DNA of 64,000 bases from Lama guanicoe (Eukaryota), in assembly GCA_013239625.1 (NCBI GenBank), contig MU053352.1, positions 939,079 through 1,003,078 of the forward strand, written 5' to 3'. Each line of letters starts with the position of its first letter. The stretch's first letter is position 1. Shown here piece after piece: positions 13,671 to 26,615 of the stretch. The notes under the pieces are model-generated. The model was not told the origin of the DNA, made no database searches, and worked only from the letters and a program-made list of their open reading frames with translations. The position numbers and the translations under genes were made by a program.

Positions 13671-15344
13671 ATTAGTGTTAAATTTTTAGGTATGTTAATG
13701 TCATTTGGATTTTTTTTTAAGAAACCTTCATCTCTAAAGAGATACATAAAAATATTTACAGAAATATTTACAAATATTAATTATTACTAAAATTACTTTT
13801 AATTTAATTATTAAAATTAAGTTAAAAAGATGCCTGGGACTTACTTTATATTAAGTGCGGTAAGGGGAGTCCACAGACCGACCTTAAGGTGAGACTTGCT
13901 GACACTGGGTGGTGGGGACATCGTCTACTTTCATTGGTAATGTGGTCAAAGGGAAAGTTGCAGGGTATTCCTCCTGTTCAGGGGATCCATACTTGTCCCT
14001 TCCAAACAGGACAGCCTTAAGTGACTGTCAGTGAAAACTGCCACAGTACAAAATAAAATCCATTTAAAACCTATCACATTTTAAATTCTTTCCTTTGTAC
14101 AGTGATTGCCAACAGCAGTGCTGAAGGACTCTGGTGACGAAGGGGGCCCTTGAGTCCCTGTAAGCCAGCACAGGAATGAGGCTGTGCGCTGAGTGTCTTA
14201 GGACCAGAAGGACCGAGATGATGGGTCCCTGGAGCACAGGATCTATTTTGAGCAGGGTTAGGAGTCTACAGAGAACAATTCAGGATACTTGAACTGATTT
14301 GTTTTTTTAAATCATCACACAATCTCTGTAGCTGCAGCCACAATCTACAAGATGCCCCAGCAACCTAGATTCTTCCTTTTACAAGTGATCTGTTAGCTTA
14401 AAAATTCAGCAGCACTAAAACATACCCCCCAAAAATCCTACAGTAAGCGAAGGAGAGTCTAAAAAAGAAAATCAGTTACCAAGACAAGTGAAAGACTGAA
14501 ATACCAGAAATTAGAGGTCAATTGAGGAAACACTGAAGTTGAAATTCAACATACCCAGGACAATTAGAAATTTAAATGTGCAGATTCCAAGTTTACAGAT
14601 CTGATGGTGAGATGTTATTTATTCAGGAATTCTACTTCTTCTCTTCATGACCACAGATATTATAGGCATTGACATTAATAGGAGATGAAATAATCTTACA
14701 TAAAAGTGACTCCCACCAAGCGTCAGTGGAGGCAGAAACAGCAGCTCAACTCCTGTCAAACCGTGACAGCAGCCTGCAAAACCAAAGGCCCCAAAGCAAG
14801 GCCGTCGCAGACTCCCACGACAGAGGCTGAGTTTAAAACAGCCGTCACCCCTGCATGGCATGTTCATCCTTCCATTTGGTCAACATGGCAGGCTAGGCAT
14901 CAGGGTCAGATGGGTGAACAAGACAGATGAGGCCGGGGCTCCCCCAGCATCCAAGAGTATATGACCATCTGTCTCTCCTCCAACATTTGGACTGAACAAG
15001 GGAAGGGCACTGTCAGCAGAGAGGGGTCTTCCCCGTGGCCAGTTTCCTGAACTTGGATAGTCCATGGTATGGCTGCCCCAGAAAGATGCCTAAAATATAT
15101 CTTTCTCATCCTCTGGCAAACCCAGCCCTGCTCCCCACACTGGACCTGTTAAACAGGGGTGTGGAGATAAACAGGAGGTTTTCACTTCTTCAGTGTACAC
15201 TGCTGGCAAAACCCTCACATTCAAAACATCCCTTTCAGTTATGAAAGAGTTTACCAAATGCTTCTGCACCATTTATTTCAAACAGCCAAGTAGGGTATTT
15301 ACGGATGAAGAAAGCCAGGGTCACAGAGGTTGGGGCCTCCATCC

Positions 15345-16880
15345 CCTTTAACTGACAGCATATACAAAAATTAACTCAAAATGAATGAAAGCCCTAAATG
15401 TTAGGACCTAAAAGTATACAATTCCTAGAAAAAAAATCATAGGGGGAAAGCTTCATGACAGTGGACTTGGCAATTGGGACTATGTCCTTTTTATTTATTT
15501 ATTTTTTTAATGTTTTTATTTTATAAAAATTTCTTAGTTTTTACTGAACTGTACTATATTTATGATGTTAGTTTCAGGTATATAGTAAGTGATTCAGTTA
15601 TATGTATACATACACATATTTGCATATTTTTCAGATTCTTTTCCATTATAGCTCATTACAAGAAACTAAATATAGTCGCCTGTGCTATACAGTATGTCCT
15701 TGTTGTTTATCTGTTTTATATGCAGTAATACGTATCTGTTAATCCCAAACTCCTAACTATTCCTCCCCCACCCCCACAATCTCAGGTAACCACAGTTTGT
15801 TTTCTATGTCTGTGAGTCTATTTCTGGTTTGTAAATAAAATTTGTATCTTTCTTTTTTTTAGATTCCACATATAAGTGGGGACTATGTCATTCTTTAGTT
15901 GGACACAATCAAAAGAATAAAAAGGCAACCTACAGAATGGGAGAAAAATATTTCTAAATCATGTATCTGATAAGGAATTAATAACCACTCCTACAACAAC
16001 AACAAAATCAAACAAATTTTTTAAATGGACAAACGACTTGAATAGACATTTCTCCAAAGATGGTATAGAAATGGCCACCAAACATATGCAAATGTGCTCA
16101 ACATCACTAACCATCAGAGAAATGCAGATCAAAATCATAAGGAGATATCACTTCATACCCATTAGGATGGCTACTATCAAAAAAAAAAAACCCCACAGAA
16201 AATAACAAGTGTTGACAAGGATATGAAGAAGCTGGAACTTTTGTGCATTGTTGGTAGGATTGTAAAATGGTGCGACCATGATAGAAAACAGTATGGAGTT
16301 TCCTCAAAAAATTAAAACTAAAACTGCCATGTGATCCAGCCAATTCAGTTCTGGGTGTATATATCCAAAAGAATCAAAAGCGGGGTCTCAGAGATATTTG
16401 CATACTCATGTTCTATTCACAGTGGTCAAGGAGTGGAAGCAACCCAAATGTTCACTGACAGATGAATGGATAAGCAAAATGTGGTATACACTCACAATGG
16501 ACTATTACTCAGCCCTGAAAAGCAAGGAAATCCTGACACATGCTACAACATGGATGAACCTTGAGGACATCATGGCTCAGTGAACTAAACCAGTCACAAA
16601 AAGACAAATACTGTATGACTCCACTTTTATGAGGTATCTAAAGTAGTCAAAGTCATAGAAACAGAAAGAAAAATGGCGGCTACTAGGGGCAGGGGGAGGG
16701 GGGAAAGGGGAGTTGTTTGATGGGTAAAGAGTTTCATAGTTGCAGGATGAAAAAGTTCTGAAGACCTGTTTCACAACAATGTGAATATACTTAACACTAC
16801 TGAACTGTATATTTAAAATTTGTTAAGATGGTAAATTTCACATTATGTGGGTTTTTTTATCATGATAAAAAGAAATTACA
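15345..16880 (+). mobile_element. LINE-1 3' fragment (ORF2 end and 3' UTR)
   Basis: Translates to WKQPKCSLTDEWISKMWY..MDYYSALK..ATTWMNLEDIM, followed by a typical L1M 3' UTR. Interrupted by an inverted younger L1. Confidence 0.9.
15487..15878 (-). mobile_element. Truncated younger L1 3' end inserted antisense in an older L1
   Basis: T-rich tail at the left end. Reverse-complement similarity to the element at 29380-29885. TSD gggactatgtc at 15476-15486 and 15879-15889. Confidence 0.85.
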
Positions 16881-17229
16881 TTGCTAATTAATGACCAAAA
16901 AAGGAAGCTGGGGTGGGGAGCAAGGCTTGATTTTCCACTATCTTTGCAGCCTAGAGGTTACCAAATTCAGCAATGGCTAGACCCTGATTATGAGGGATGT
17001 GGCTCTACATACGATCTAATGGAAACATTTTAATATATACTTAAGAACTGGACAATCTGGTACTGAGAGAAATATGGTGACCCAGGAGGAGTCCTAGTAA
17101 ATACTTTCACATGTTTTTCTCACTTTCTATCTAGCAGCTAGACAACTGGATGCTTAGAAAAGACTTCTGGTGAATTAGATGGACCTCTAATTCAAACATA
17201 TTTATTTTCAAAACATTGTGGGGGGGAAA

Positions 17230-17470
17230 GGGAATCAGGACTGTGTAGTAACTGAGAACAACAGCTCTGGACTTGAATCTGGCTGTGCAACTTAATAGTG
17301 GTGAGATCTTCGAGTCTTTAACCTTTTTAGACCCATTGCTCCATCTGTAAAACAGAGACAACAACAATAGAACCTATACCCCTCAGGCTTGTTCGGAGGA
17401 TGAAATGAAATAATCCATATAGAGTGCTTAGAACAGGGCCTGGCACATGTTAAATGTGATAAATGTCATG
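17230..17470 (+). mobile_element. MIR SINE (representative; further MIR fragments near 6190, 7800, 23460, 24100, 28350, 34430, 42240, 44920, 56000, 59650, 60200)
   Basis: Core ccatctgtaaaa...gttcggaggatgaaatgaaataat..gagtgcttagaacagggcctggcaca. Confidence 0.8.
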
Positions 17471-17595
17471 AGAAATAAAACCCTCTGGGGATAGTATATT
17501 CAAGACTACACTGCTGGCAGTTTCTGAAGAGGCAAGGGAGGCCTACCAACTGTAGTACACATTTTGTGGCATTTGCCTCGTCCGCCTCTTAAAAT

Positions 17596-17842
17596 AGGGT
17601 TGCCAGATAAAATACAGAATAAAAAAAACAATCCTAAGCTAAAATATATAGTACAAGAAAAGATATAGGAGGCCAGTTAAATTTGAATTTTAGATAAACA
17701 ACAATTTTTAGTATGAGTATATCCCAAATATTGCATAGACTATACCTATACTGAAATTTTATTTATTTCTCCTTAAATTTATTTGATATTTATCTGAAAT
17801 TCAAATTTAACTGGTGTTTTTATTTGCTACATCTGGCAAGCT
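17596..17842. mobile_element. MER53 palindromic hAT-type MITE
   Basis: AGGGTTGCCAGATAAAATACAG...ATCTGGCAAG termini. Internal inverted repeat 17673-17698 / 17789-17814 is complementary at 25/26. Confidence 0.88.
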
Positions 17843-18204
17843 TCCTTGGAACTGCCTGCATCATCCCAGGTGGCCTGGGCAGTCATTTCTGACCCAGGCC
17901 CGTTCCCAGACTCCAGTTGATTGAACTTGAAGTTGACCCTTGACCAAAATGGAGCCAATCCACTTTTCCTTCATAGAAACTGGGTTCAGGGAGTTTGACA
18001 GTTTCTGCTGTAGTGATGGTTGGGCCTCAGGAGCTGTGGGCAGCAGACATCTTCTGCCACATTGTCCAAGGAGTAAAAACAAAACAAACAACAGACCGGA
18101 ACTTAGAGAAGAAAATAAGAGGAGAAGCAGACATGAGAAATGCATAAAGTGTGCAAAAAGCCAGGCAGGCTTTGTAAACCATCCTGTGGTCCCACACGAA
18201 AGCC

Positions 18205-18208
<4 letters not shown>

Positions 18209-18236
<28 letters not shown>
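18209..18236. repeat. (AC)14 microsatellite
   Basis: Read directly from the sequence. Confidence 0.95.
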
Positions 18237-18359
18237 CCCGCTCAAGCTGCACTGGAAGGCTTTGATACTTGCAACCAAAAAGTCTAGGAAATCAAGGCAA
18301 CTGTAGACCTAATTCCTGAGCTAAATATGTCCCATGTTATTGATTCGAAGGGTAAAAAT

Positions 18360-18735
18360 GACTAGGAAGCCATTTTTAGCTCAACTCTGGTTCTAGTGAT
18401 CACTCTGAGGGAAGCCAGTCCCCAGGTAAGCAGTCTGGCTGCTCTGAAGCCACCATGCAGTAAGGAAGCCCACACCAGCTCGTGTGGACAGAGCCCAGGG
18501 AGATGCCTTGAGACTCTCTGGGGAGACAGAGATGTCGGCCAGCCCTAGATGCTCCAGAATCCACCATTCCAACCCCAGCCACCAGCTGATCACAGCCCCA
18601 CGAGAGGGCCTGAGCCAGAACTGTCCAGCCAAGCCCTTTCTGAGTTCCCAACTGACAGAAACTGTGAGCGATGATAAAATCATTGTTGTCATTTTAAGCC
18701 TCAAAGTTGCGCAGAAACAGATAATGGATAAACTC
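18360..18735 (+). mobile_element. MaLR (MLT1-like) LTR fragment
   Basis: gccaccatgcagtaaggaagcccac...ctgagccagaactgtccagccaagccc...cagaaactgtgag...ttttaagcc. Confidence 0.75.
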
Positions 18736-19499
18736 AGTGCACGTGGGCAGCTGACCTTGCCAACTGTTTCCATGGCTAGCAAGTATCCGATCACAAAGGA
18801 ACAAGACTAGCTTCTTGTGAAGCTTCTGGAGCCAGCCCTCCTGCTGTGTGGTCACAAGCAGAGCCCAACTCTGAAGACAGGAGAGCCAGGCGTGGGGGGG
18901 GGGTCTCCTGAAGGAAGGCAACAGCTGGGGAACCCAGTGGGGCCGAAGGCCCCCCAATCACTCCTTCATGGGGGAGGCTGCTGGAAGGGGTGGCTTGTTT
19001 AGGCAGGAAGACAGGAGCTTCTGACTGTCTTCCCGCCCCGGTGGTGTGGCGGAATCCCAGCTGGGTTCAGATCTCAGCTCAGCCACCCACTAAGTGATGC
19101 CACTGCAGTGGGACAAGCCCTGGCTTTCTTATTTGTCACCAGGACATAAGAACTACCTTTGTCATAAATTGGGATGACATACGCATAAGCACCGTATACA
19201 CCATTAAGCTCTGTTCAGATTTGGTCATTATTAGAATCTACAATAGAACAGGAAAAAAATAGAGGGTACTGCCTCAGTCAAAATTTTTGTCTCATGCATT
19301 GAATTTTTCTTTGATGGGCCAAAGACCTTAAATACAGACAGGACAGTCTCTGCCCATCTCACAAAGACATGAGCATTAAGGTAAATAGAACACTGAGGTT
19401 CTTTTTCTGTACCTCTGTTTCCCCTCTTTTCAAAGATTCCTGCAAGTCAAAGCAGGCTGGCGTCAAGGCAAATTCCTGTTTCCATGCGCCTCATCTGAG

Positions 19500-21130
19500 C
19501 ACCATCCAGCCTACCAGTCAGAGTAGAGTCAGAAACGGCTGACTCCAGGGCTGGGACAAGAGAAGTACAAAAAGAGCCTTGAACATCTTTTCAAGCCAGA
19601 CACGGGAGTCAATGTCAACTCCGGCTGGCCAATACCAGCTGTCAATACCATCAGGGTCCCTTCCAGAGGACTCGAAGGTCAACTGAAGAAGCCCTCACTA
19701 AGCAAAGACAAGGCAGGATGATGTAAGCATCACTGAGGGCAATACAGCCGTGCCTGCATCCACGAGCCTAAAGTGCTACTTAAGAAAGCAAAACTCACTG
19801 ACTGCTCACCACTGGAAGATAAGAACCAACTCATTATTTTGAAAGTTTGCAAATAAATGGAAAGAATCAAACATTTACTCTGCCTCTCCTGTGTGAACTG
19901 TATCCCTGAGGAAGCAAAGAGCAGTAGATGAGGGTAAGTTTCTCATTATAGAAGTTATTCCTGATAATAAATGAAGAAGTGACAGAATTAGGTTAATCCA
20001 AGACAGATCGTTACCACCTGCTGACAGCACAGAACGAGAAGCCACCAGATGTTATGAGCTCCTGATGCAAGAATGCAACATATTTATAGTTTCTAGATTC
20101 ATCTACCAAGTTAAGGAACGACAGAGGACCGTGTTACCCTAAACCAAGAGGATGCAGTCCGCAAAACCCAGACGTGGGAGGTTCTCTGGGTAGACCTTAT
20201 TTAGGCCTTGATACAAACAAATGTGTCAAAAACCCACTTACGACATTTGAGACAACTGAAACTTTGAACACTGACTGGATATTTGATGATGATAAGGAAT
20301 TACTGCTAATCTGTTTTAGTTGTAACAGTGGTATGAGGATATGGTTTTTTTAAATCCTTATCCTTTAGAGGCAGCCACTGAAACATTTATAGGGAAATGT
20401 GAAATGTGATACTTATAGGGGAAATGAGACTTCAAAATGGTGTGAGGTGGGGGCGCTGTGATGGAACAAGATTGGCTAGGAAGTTAATAATTATTGAAAC
20501 TGGGAAACAGCCTAAATGTCCATCAACAGGTGACTGGATAAAGAAGATGTGGTATATTTACACAATGGAATACTATTCAGCCATAAAAACCGACAACATA
20601 ATGCCATTTGCAGCAACATGGATGCTCCTGGAGAATGTCATTCTAAGTGAAGTAAGCCAGAAAGAGAAAGAAAAATACCATATGAAATCGCTCATATGTG
20701 GAATCTAAAAAACAAAAACAAAAACAAACAAAAACAAAGCGTAAATACAGGACAGAAATAGACTCATAGACAGAGAATACAGACTTGTGGTTGCCAGGGG
20801 GGCGGAGGGTGGGAAGGGATAGACTGGGATTTCAAAATTGTAGAATAGATAAACAAGATTATACTGTATAGCACAGGGAAATATACACAAAATGTTACGG
20901 AGGCTCACAGAGAAAAAAATGTGACAATGAGTGTATATTATGTCCATGTACGACTGAAAAATTGTGCTGAACACTGGAATTTGACACAACATTGTAAAAT
21001 GATTATAAATCAATAAAAATGTTAAAAAAATTATTGAAATTGGGTAACAGGTGCATGGGGGTTCATTATACTATCATCTACTCTGATATATGTTTAGAAG
21101 TCTTGGTAACAAAGAGTTTTAAACGTAAAT
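19500..21130 (+). mobile_element. Old L1M-class 3' region (host of the young L1)
   Basis: Degenerate L1MC/ME-like 3' UTR motifs (gactggatatttgatgat..aaggaatta; gggggttcattatacta). Boundaries approximate. Confidence 0.6.
20505..21028 (+). mobile_element. 5'-truncated young LINE-1 (ORF2 C-terminus and 3' UTR) nested in an older L1
   Basis: Encodes KQPKCPSTGDWIKKMWYIYTMEYYSAIK...FAATWMLLENVILSEVSQ...SLICGI*, the L1 ORF2p end. TSD aattattgaaactggg (20489-20504) / aattattgaaattggg (21029-21044). Confidence 0.92.
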
Positions 21131-24100
21131 GAATACAAAAAAGAGCTTTTACTACTGTCATACATCCTTGGCTTGGGATAAGTCTCAGAAAAGGAGCTGA
21201 AAAGCTGGGCCATGTGTAGCCCCCATGGTCACTCCTTCTCCTGGCAATTCAGTGACTCCCCTTGGGTGACTGCAATAGTCCAGGCTGCTCGTTGGGTCTT
21301 TATGACATGCAAAAAAGATTAAAATTACAAAGCATGTCTTCTATTTTAAAAAAATTCATTGTAATTTGAGACTCTACTAAGTACAAGGCACTACACCCAG
21401 CACCCCTGGGGACACCACAGTGAAAAGACACAGCCCCATGCGCTGGTGGGGAGCAGATGGACCACCACCCAGCTGTCAGAGAACGGACCGCTCTGCCAGC
21501 CCAGCTCATCGCAGGGGAATCCAGGCAGGTCCAGGCTGAGATGACCTGGAACTGAGGCTGCCCTGCTAGGATGTCTGCAGCAGTGAGGAGGGTTCTCCTC
21601 GCTGAGGGACTGGCAGGGGCAGAGATCTGGATGGGAGAGGGAAAGGCATGTGGGTTGCAGAGGGGGACTAAGGCGAGTTGCACAGAAGAAGGTCAAGACT
21701 GGAGGAAGGAGGGTGGGGGGACCAACTGGGAAGGGCAGTGGGCAGTGAGCCCAGGGGCACGATGTGCTATCTTTTAGGAAGACAGCACCTCTTGCTGCTT
21801 CCAAGGACAGCACAATCTGGCAGGTTCCTGTGCAAGCTCAGCGAGGCCACCTGCCCTCTTCTTGGTTTAGGCAATGGCCCAGCAATGCAGATCACACAGA
21901 GTGAGTTGAGACTGTTAACCCGGCATTGGATGCACAGGGCTGCGACCTGGGTGTGTGATCAGAAGCCGAGAGGAGTGAGGCGCAGCCATCAGGACTCCAA
22001 GAACTCTTAAAAACAGACAGACGCGGGAAAGACTCCCATAGAAAAGGTCAAAGCTTACAGCACCAGCATGACCCTGAAACTCACTGACTGCTGCTTCCTG
22101 TTTATGGTTAGGAAGGGAGCCTCTTAAAGTCACATCTGTGTGGTGACACCTGGTATGTGACTCACCACACGTCAAGCTGCCAATTTTGGTTTAGTTCAGC
22201 GTGTTTCTAACCATCTCCTCCTCTCCAGTCTCCTCCTCTCCTCCTGTCAGCATCCAGTGTGGTCCCATTTCCTCCGTTTTCTTTTCCCCCAGGATAAGCA
22301 GATATTGATCTTCGTTTAAGGAATCTCACATCCTTTTCACTAGCCTGTCTTTCTTTATTGACAGTTTGCCAACCCCATCCCGGAAGACTCCACGCAGCCT
22401 GACTACTCAGCCCCCTGGGAAGCCCCCAGGACACCTTGCCTGAACCTGCGGGCCTCTTACTGATCAGCCAGGACGGCTGCAGGCTTCCCTCCTCCTCCTC
22501 CACCCAGTGGTTTGGTGACACTGCTGGCCCTCAATAAATGGTATAATCAAAGCTGCTGGACGCTTCTATCACAATATTCCAGACTATATCCTGGGCTGAT
22601 ATGAAGCAGTCAAAGTTAGTCCCCCCAAATCACATACTGTACGATATCCTTTTTTAGAAAGCTAAAAATAGTTGAAATGAAAAAATGTGTTTTTTTTCCT
22701 TTTAAATTGCATGTAGATGAGGTAAAACTAGATAAAAAGAAAAGAAAGAGGATGGTGATGGATTTGGGATGTTGGTTATCCCTGAGTGGGGCAGGCTTGG
22801 GGAGGGAGCACGAGAAACAGGTACCCACATTTTCTCCACATTTCTCCAAACATCAGGGTTCATTTAGTCTAAAAAAACAAAAACAAAAACAGCGTGTTCT
22901 TTCTGAAACAGAAGTTAGCAAAAGAAGTGGCTCTGATTCCTTCTGCACCAGCAGGTAAAGCTGACTCCACCCAGCCCCTAAGGAAGGGAGATCTGGAATA
23001 AAAGTTCTCTCACTCTGTTTTCAGCTCGCAAGCACTTGAATTTGCCTCTATTCCGGCCACACACACTTGGAGAACTACCGAGAGCAGGGGTCCGGGGCTG
23101 GGGGGACGTGACAGCACATGGGTGGCACTGGGCGCAGACGGAGCCCAAGGGAACCCACCCTGCGCTGCTGGCAGGACTGTGAGCCGTGGGCCTGGAGGGC
23201 GCTCAGCCCTTGAGCCAGGCAGGCAGGATGGCCAGGCCTGGTCTGGGAGGCAGGATTCAGACTAGAAGCAGGGACAGGAGGGTGGGTGGAAGGTCTGAAG
23301 TGCTAGGAGATCTGAGGAGAGGCGGAGCACAGGATCTTCCAGAAGGCAGACGGGCGTGCAGGGGAGACAGGACCACTACAGCTCCACCTCGAAGGGCCTT
23401 CTGTATGGAGACTGACTTGTCTCCCAGGGCAAACGTTTGGGCACAGTCCGCAAGCTGAGTGCCTTGGGATAAGCCACTGAAGCTCATTCACTCAGCCTCA
23501 GTTTCCCTTTCTGTAAAATGGGAATGAGGGCCCCTCCATGGCTGGCCTCACATGGAGCTGAAGGAAGGCAGAGGGCTGCACAGATGTCACAGATCCTTTA
23601 TCCCACTCAAGTGAGTCAAGCAACAATTCTGCCCACCTTGGAACCTAGAAATGTCCAAGAATGCAACTACAGAGCTGGACTGTGCAAACACACACACGAG
23701 AAAACTTGTCCCCACACCCTGCTCCCCCCCAAACCAGTATTTGTCTCCACAATCTTATCAGCAAGCAAGAATTTTTCTTAGTTACCTAGACATTCTGCAC
23801 ACTTGAGATTACCTCGAAGTATCTATTATCTATACCTAGCTACCTGAAGAAGAAAAAAAACAGATGGGACATTTTGCTCTTCCAATTAAAATAAAACAAA
23901 AATGCATGAGGTCAGGTTTTACTTCCACTAGAACTAGGCCTTCCTGCCACTGTGGGATCCTATACTCATAAACATTACCTGGACCCTTACAGGGTATAGT
24001 ATCCGGTAAAATACAGATAACTCTGAAAAGCTGAACTCGAGGACAAGTGGGCATCAGGACACACATCTGGGACAGGCAGAGACTGTGGAGCACGAGAGGC

Positions 24101-24543
24101 CCAAGTCAGAATCTCTCTCCACTGCCTCCCTGGGCCAGTGACATTGGACAAGCCATGTCCCCCTGTCAACCTCAGAACTCTTCATTTGTACAAGAGAATA
24201 ATCCTGGAACCCATTTCATAGTGTGGTTGTGAGGATGAAATAAAGGACCATAACATAAAACCGAGAGTGTGGTGCATAGCCGACATGCCTTATTTGTCAT
24301 GCCCCCTGCCTTTAAGAAGACAGAGTGACACTTATAGTGAACCACTGATGATCCCTAACACCGTGTGTCTTCGTAAAATGTCTACATATCTGAAAGAGTA
24401 TGGTAAGTGGGATTAAAAACACACATTTGGAAAAGTATTTTTTTCCCCTAAAACACTATGTTCTGTGAGCTGTGTTGTGCAGCTGAGTGGGCTGAGGAGT
24501 ACCAAGACACCAGATAGGACGGACACATTAGAAACACAGGTCA

Positions 24544-24721
24544 AGGAGGGAGGGCATAGCTCAGTGGTTAGAGTACGTGTTTAGCATGTGTGAGGTCCTG
24601 GGTTCAATCCCCAGTACCTCCATTATAATAACTAACCAACGAAATAAACCTAATTACTTCATCTCCAAAACAAAAACAAAAACCCCACAAACAAAATAAG
24701 TAAAATATTTGTTAAAAGAAA
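24544..24721 (+). mobile_element. tRNA-derived SINE (camelid-type) with target-site duplication
   Basis: A box (TAGCTCAGTGG), B box (GGTTCAATCC) and A-rich tail. TSD agaaacacaggtca (24530-24543) / agaaacacagatca (24722-24735). Confidence 0.9.
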
Positions 24722-24999
24722 AGAAACACAGATCAGCTTTCTCTCCTGCTGGGAATTAAAGACAGTGATCCCCCCTTTGGAGTGGGAACCATCACTTAAG
24801 TTCAGTGGAGCTCCCAAATTCTCAGGGAGTCATAGACTGAACGATCCTCTAGAAGCTGTGTTTCCAAAAAGGCTATGAAGGACCACATAAATCCTCTGTG
24901 GGTGACCTGAACAGATACTGCCTGGCCAAGTGACCTGGGCAAAGTGACCTGAGTTTTAGCCAACAGCAAGGCAGGGCCCTCCTGTTTGCAATGACAACA

Positions 25000-25180
25000 G
25001 AGCCATGCTTCTCAGACTGTGGTCCAGAGCAGCATTACCTGGGAACTTGTTAGAAATGCTGAATCACAGGCCCCTTCGAGACCCACTGCAGCAGAAACTC
25101 AACAAGGGGGGCAGAGCGTTTGGCATCTCAACGAGCCCATCAGGGAATTCTGTTCTCTCAGGTTTGAGAATCCACGGTAT
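25000..25180. mobile_element. MER5-like DNA transposon
   Basis: cttctcagactgtggtcc...acctgggaacttgttagaaatgc...gtttgagaatccac. Confidence 0.7.
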
Positions 25181-25968
25181 AGAGTGAGTGATCTGAGATC
25201 TCAAAGTTTAAACCAACCATCCCCAGGAAACATACAGAGGCCATGGCCAGTAGGAAAGGAGAGGAAGCCTTCGGTCTCTTTCCCCCTTTCAATCAAGCTC
25301 AGTGTTAACTATCACCACTGGACTTCAATTTTGAATCCCACACTGTTTCTGGACTGAGAAAGTCCATGGTGGGACACTTGCCGGTTCTCATAAGATACCA
25401 AGATGGGCTCCTGATGGGCAGAGCTGAGTCTGAAACAGCTGTGAGTCTGCTGTGCCCCTCTCTACCACCTGGCAACCAGCAGGCACCAGGAAAGGTGGGA
25501 AACAGTCTGATCAGCCAAGGAGGGGACAGGAGCCCTTCCCACAAGTGGGTCCCAAGGACTAAACAAGGGTACTGTCTCCCTCAGTCCCTAATACAATGAC
25601 CTCAGTTCCTGAACCAGAAAGCTCCTGAATCAGGAACTTTGGGGGACTGACTCTGTCTAGCTGTCCCAGGTGTCACAACTACGAAGACCAGAGGGGCTTC
25701 AAGGCCCCAAATCTCTCCCTCACTCCACCTCTTTGCTCACTCCCTAAAGTCAAGCTGCCAGATCTCATGTCCACAGGGGCTCCCCTACCAGAAGCCAGGG
25801 CTCAGCCCTTGAAGGTTGGCCAGAGGCACTATTTCTCCTGCTGGAGTACATGTTCCCAAATGTCCCTAGGCTAGTGCTGGTGTCCTCCAACTTTGGATGC
25901 CCTCTGTCACCATCACTGCAGCATTCTGGCCCTCCACACTCAGCCACCCAACCCTGACACTTTCGTAC

Positions 25969-26615
25969 CTGTAGTAAGACAGGAGGCCATTGCTGAGCAC
26001 AAACCAGCGGCGCTGGTAGCCCTTCAGGTAGTTGGTCCACTTGAGAAGCCAGCCCTTGAAGCTGTCCAGTGGTAGTAAGACCATCGGGACAGAGGAGGTC
26101 GTGCCACTCCCTGTCACCGGAGCCCCAAGATGAGTCTTCATTTGTCCCGGTCGCGAGGGCTTTGGTGCCGGCAACAACCCTGACTCGACTTTGGTCAAGG
26201 CCACGCTCCCCACTACTGGCCCCAGCGCCAGGACCTGCTCGGATGGGGCCTTGGTGAAGAGCCCAGCCCCCACGCTTGAGCCTAACTCTTGCCGGAGTCC
26301 TGACCCCGTCCCTGACCCGGTCCCCAAGCCTGGCAGCACTTCCAACTCCTGTCTGAAGCCTGGCCGGGGCTCCGACATCTTCTTGGACTCAGGCTCCGAT
26401 CTTGGCACCCGCTCAGAAACTGGCTCCGACACCTGTTCTGACACTAGCTCCCGCTTGGGCTGGGGCTGAGGCTTGGGCTCCGGTCCGCAGCCGGGCGTGT
26501 AAGCGCTCATGCTCGGCGCCGCCGTGTGGCAGGACAGGCAGGGGACAACCGTGAAGAGCGACGAGAGCCCGCGGGAGCGGCCGCTGCCTCGGCACAGAGC
26601 GGCCGCTTTCCCCAT
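25969..26615 (-). CDS. OSBP2: Oxysterol-binding protein 2 (ORP4L), coding exon 1: Pro/Ser/Glu-rich N-terminus and start of the PH domain
   Basis: ATG at 26615 gives MGKAAALCRGSGRSRGLSSLFTVVPCLSCHTAAP...LDSFKGWLLKWTNYLKGYQRRWFVLSNGLLSYYR, matching the recalled OSBP2 N-terminus and the OSBP-family PH motif. Donor AG|GTACGA at 25968. 647 nt, phase 2. Lies in a CpG island. Confidence 0.96.

Noticed and set aside
20406..20708. 100-aa ORF as a host gene
   Set aside because: It is the C-terminus of L1 ORF2p in a truncated insertion.
24550..24625. tRNA-like sequences (also 32903, 33055, 56515)
   Set aside because: They have A-rich tails, TSDs at two sites, and degenerate stems. These are SINE heads, not tRNA genes.
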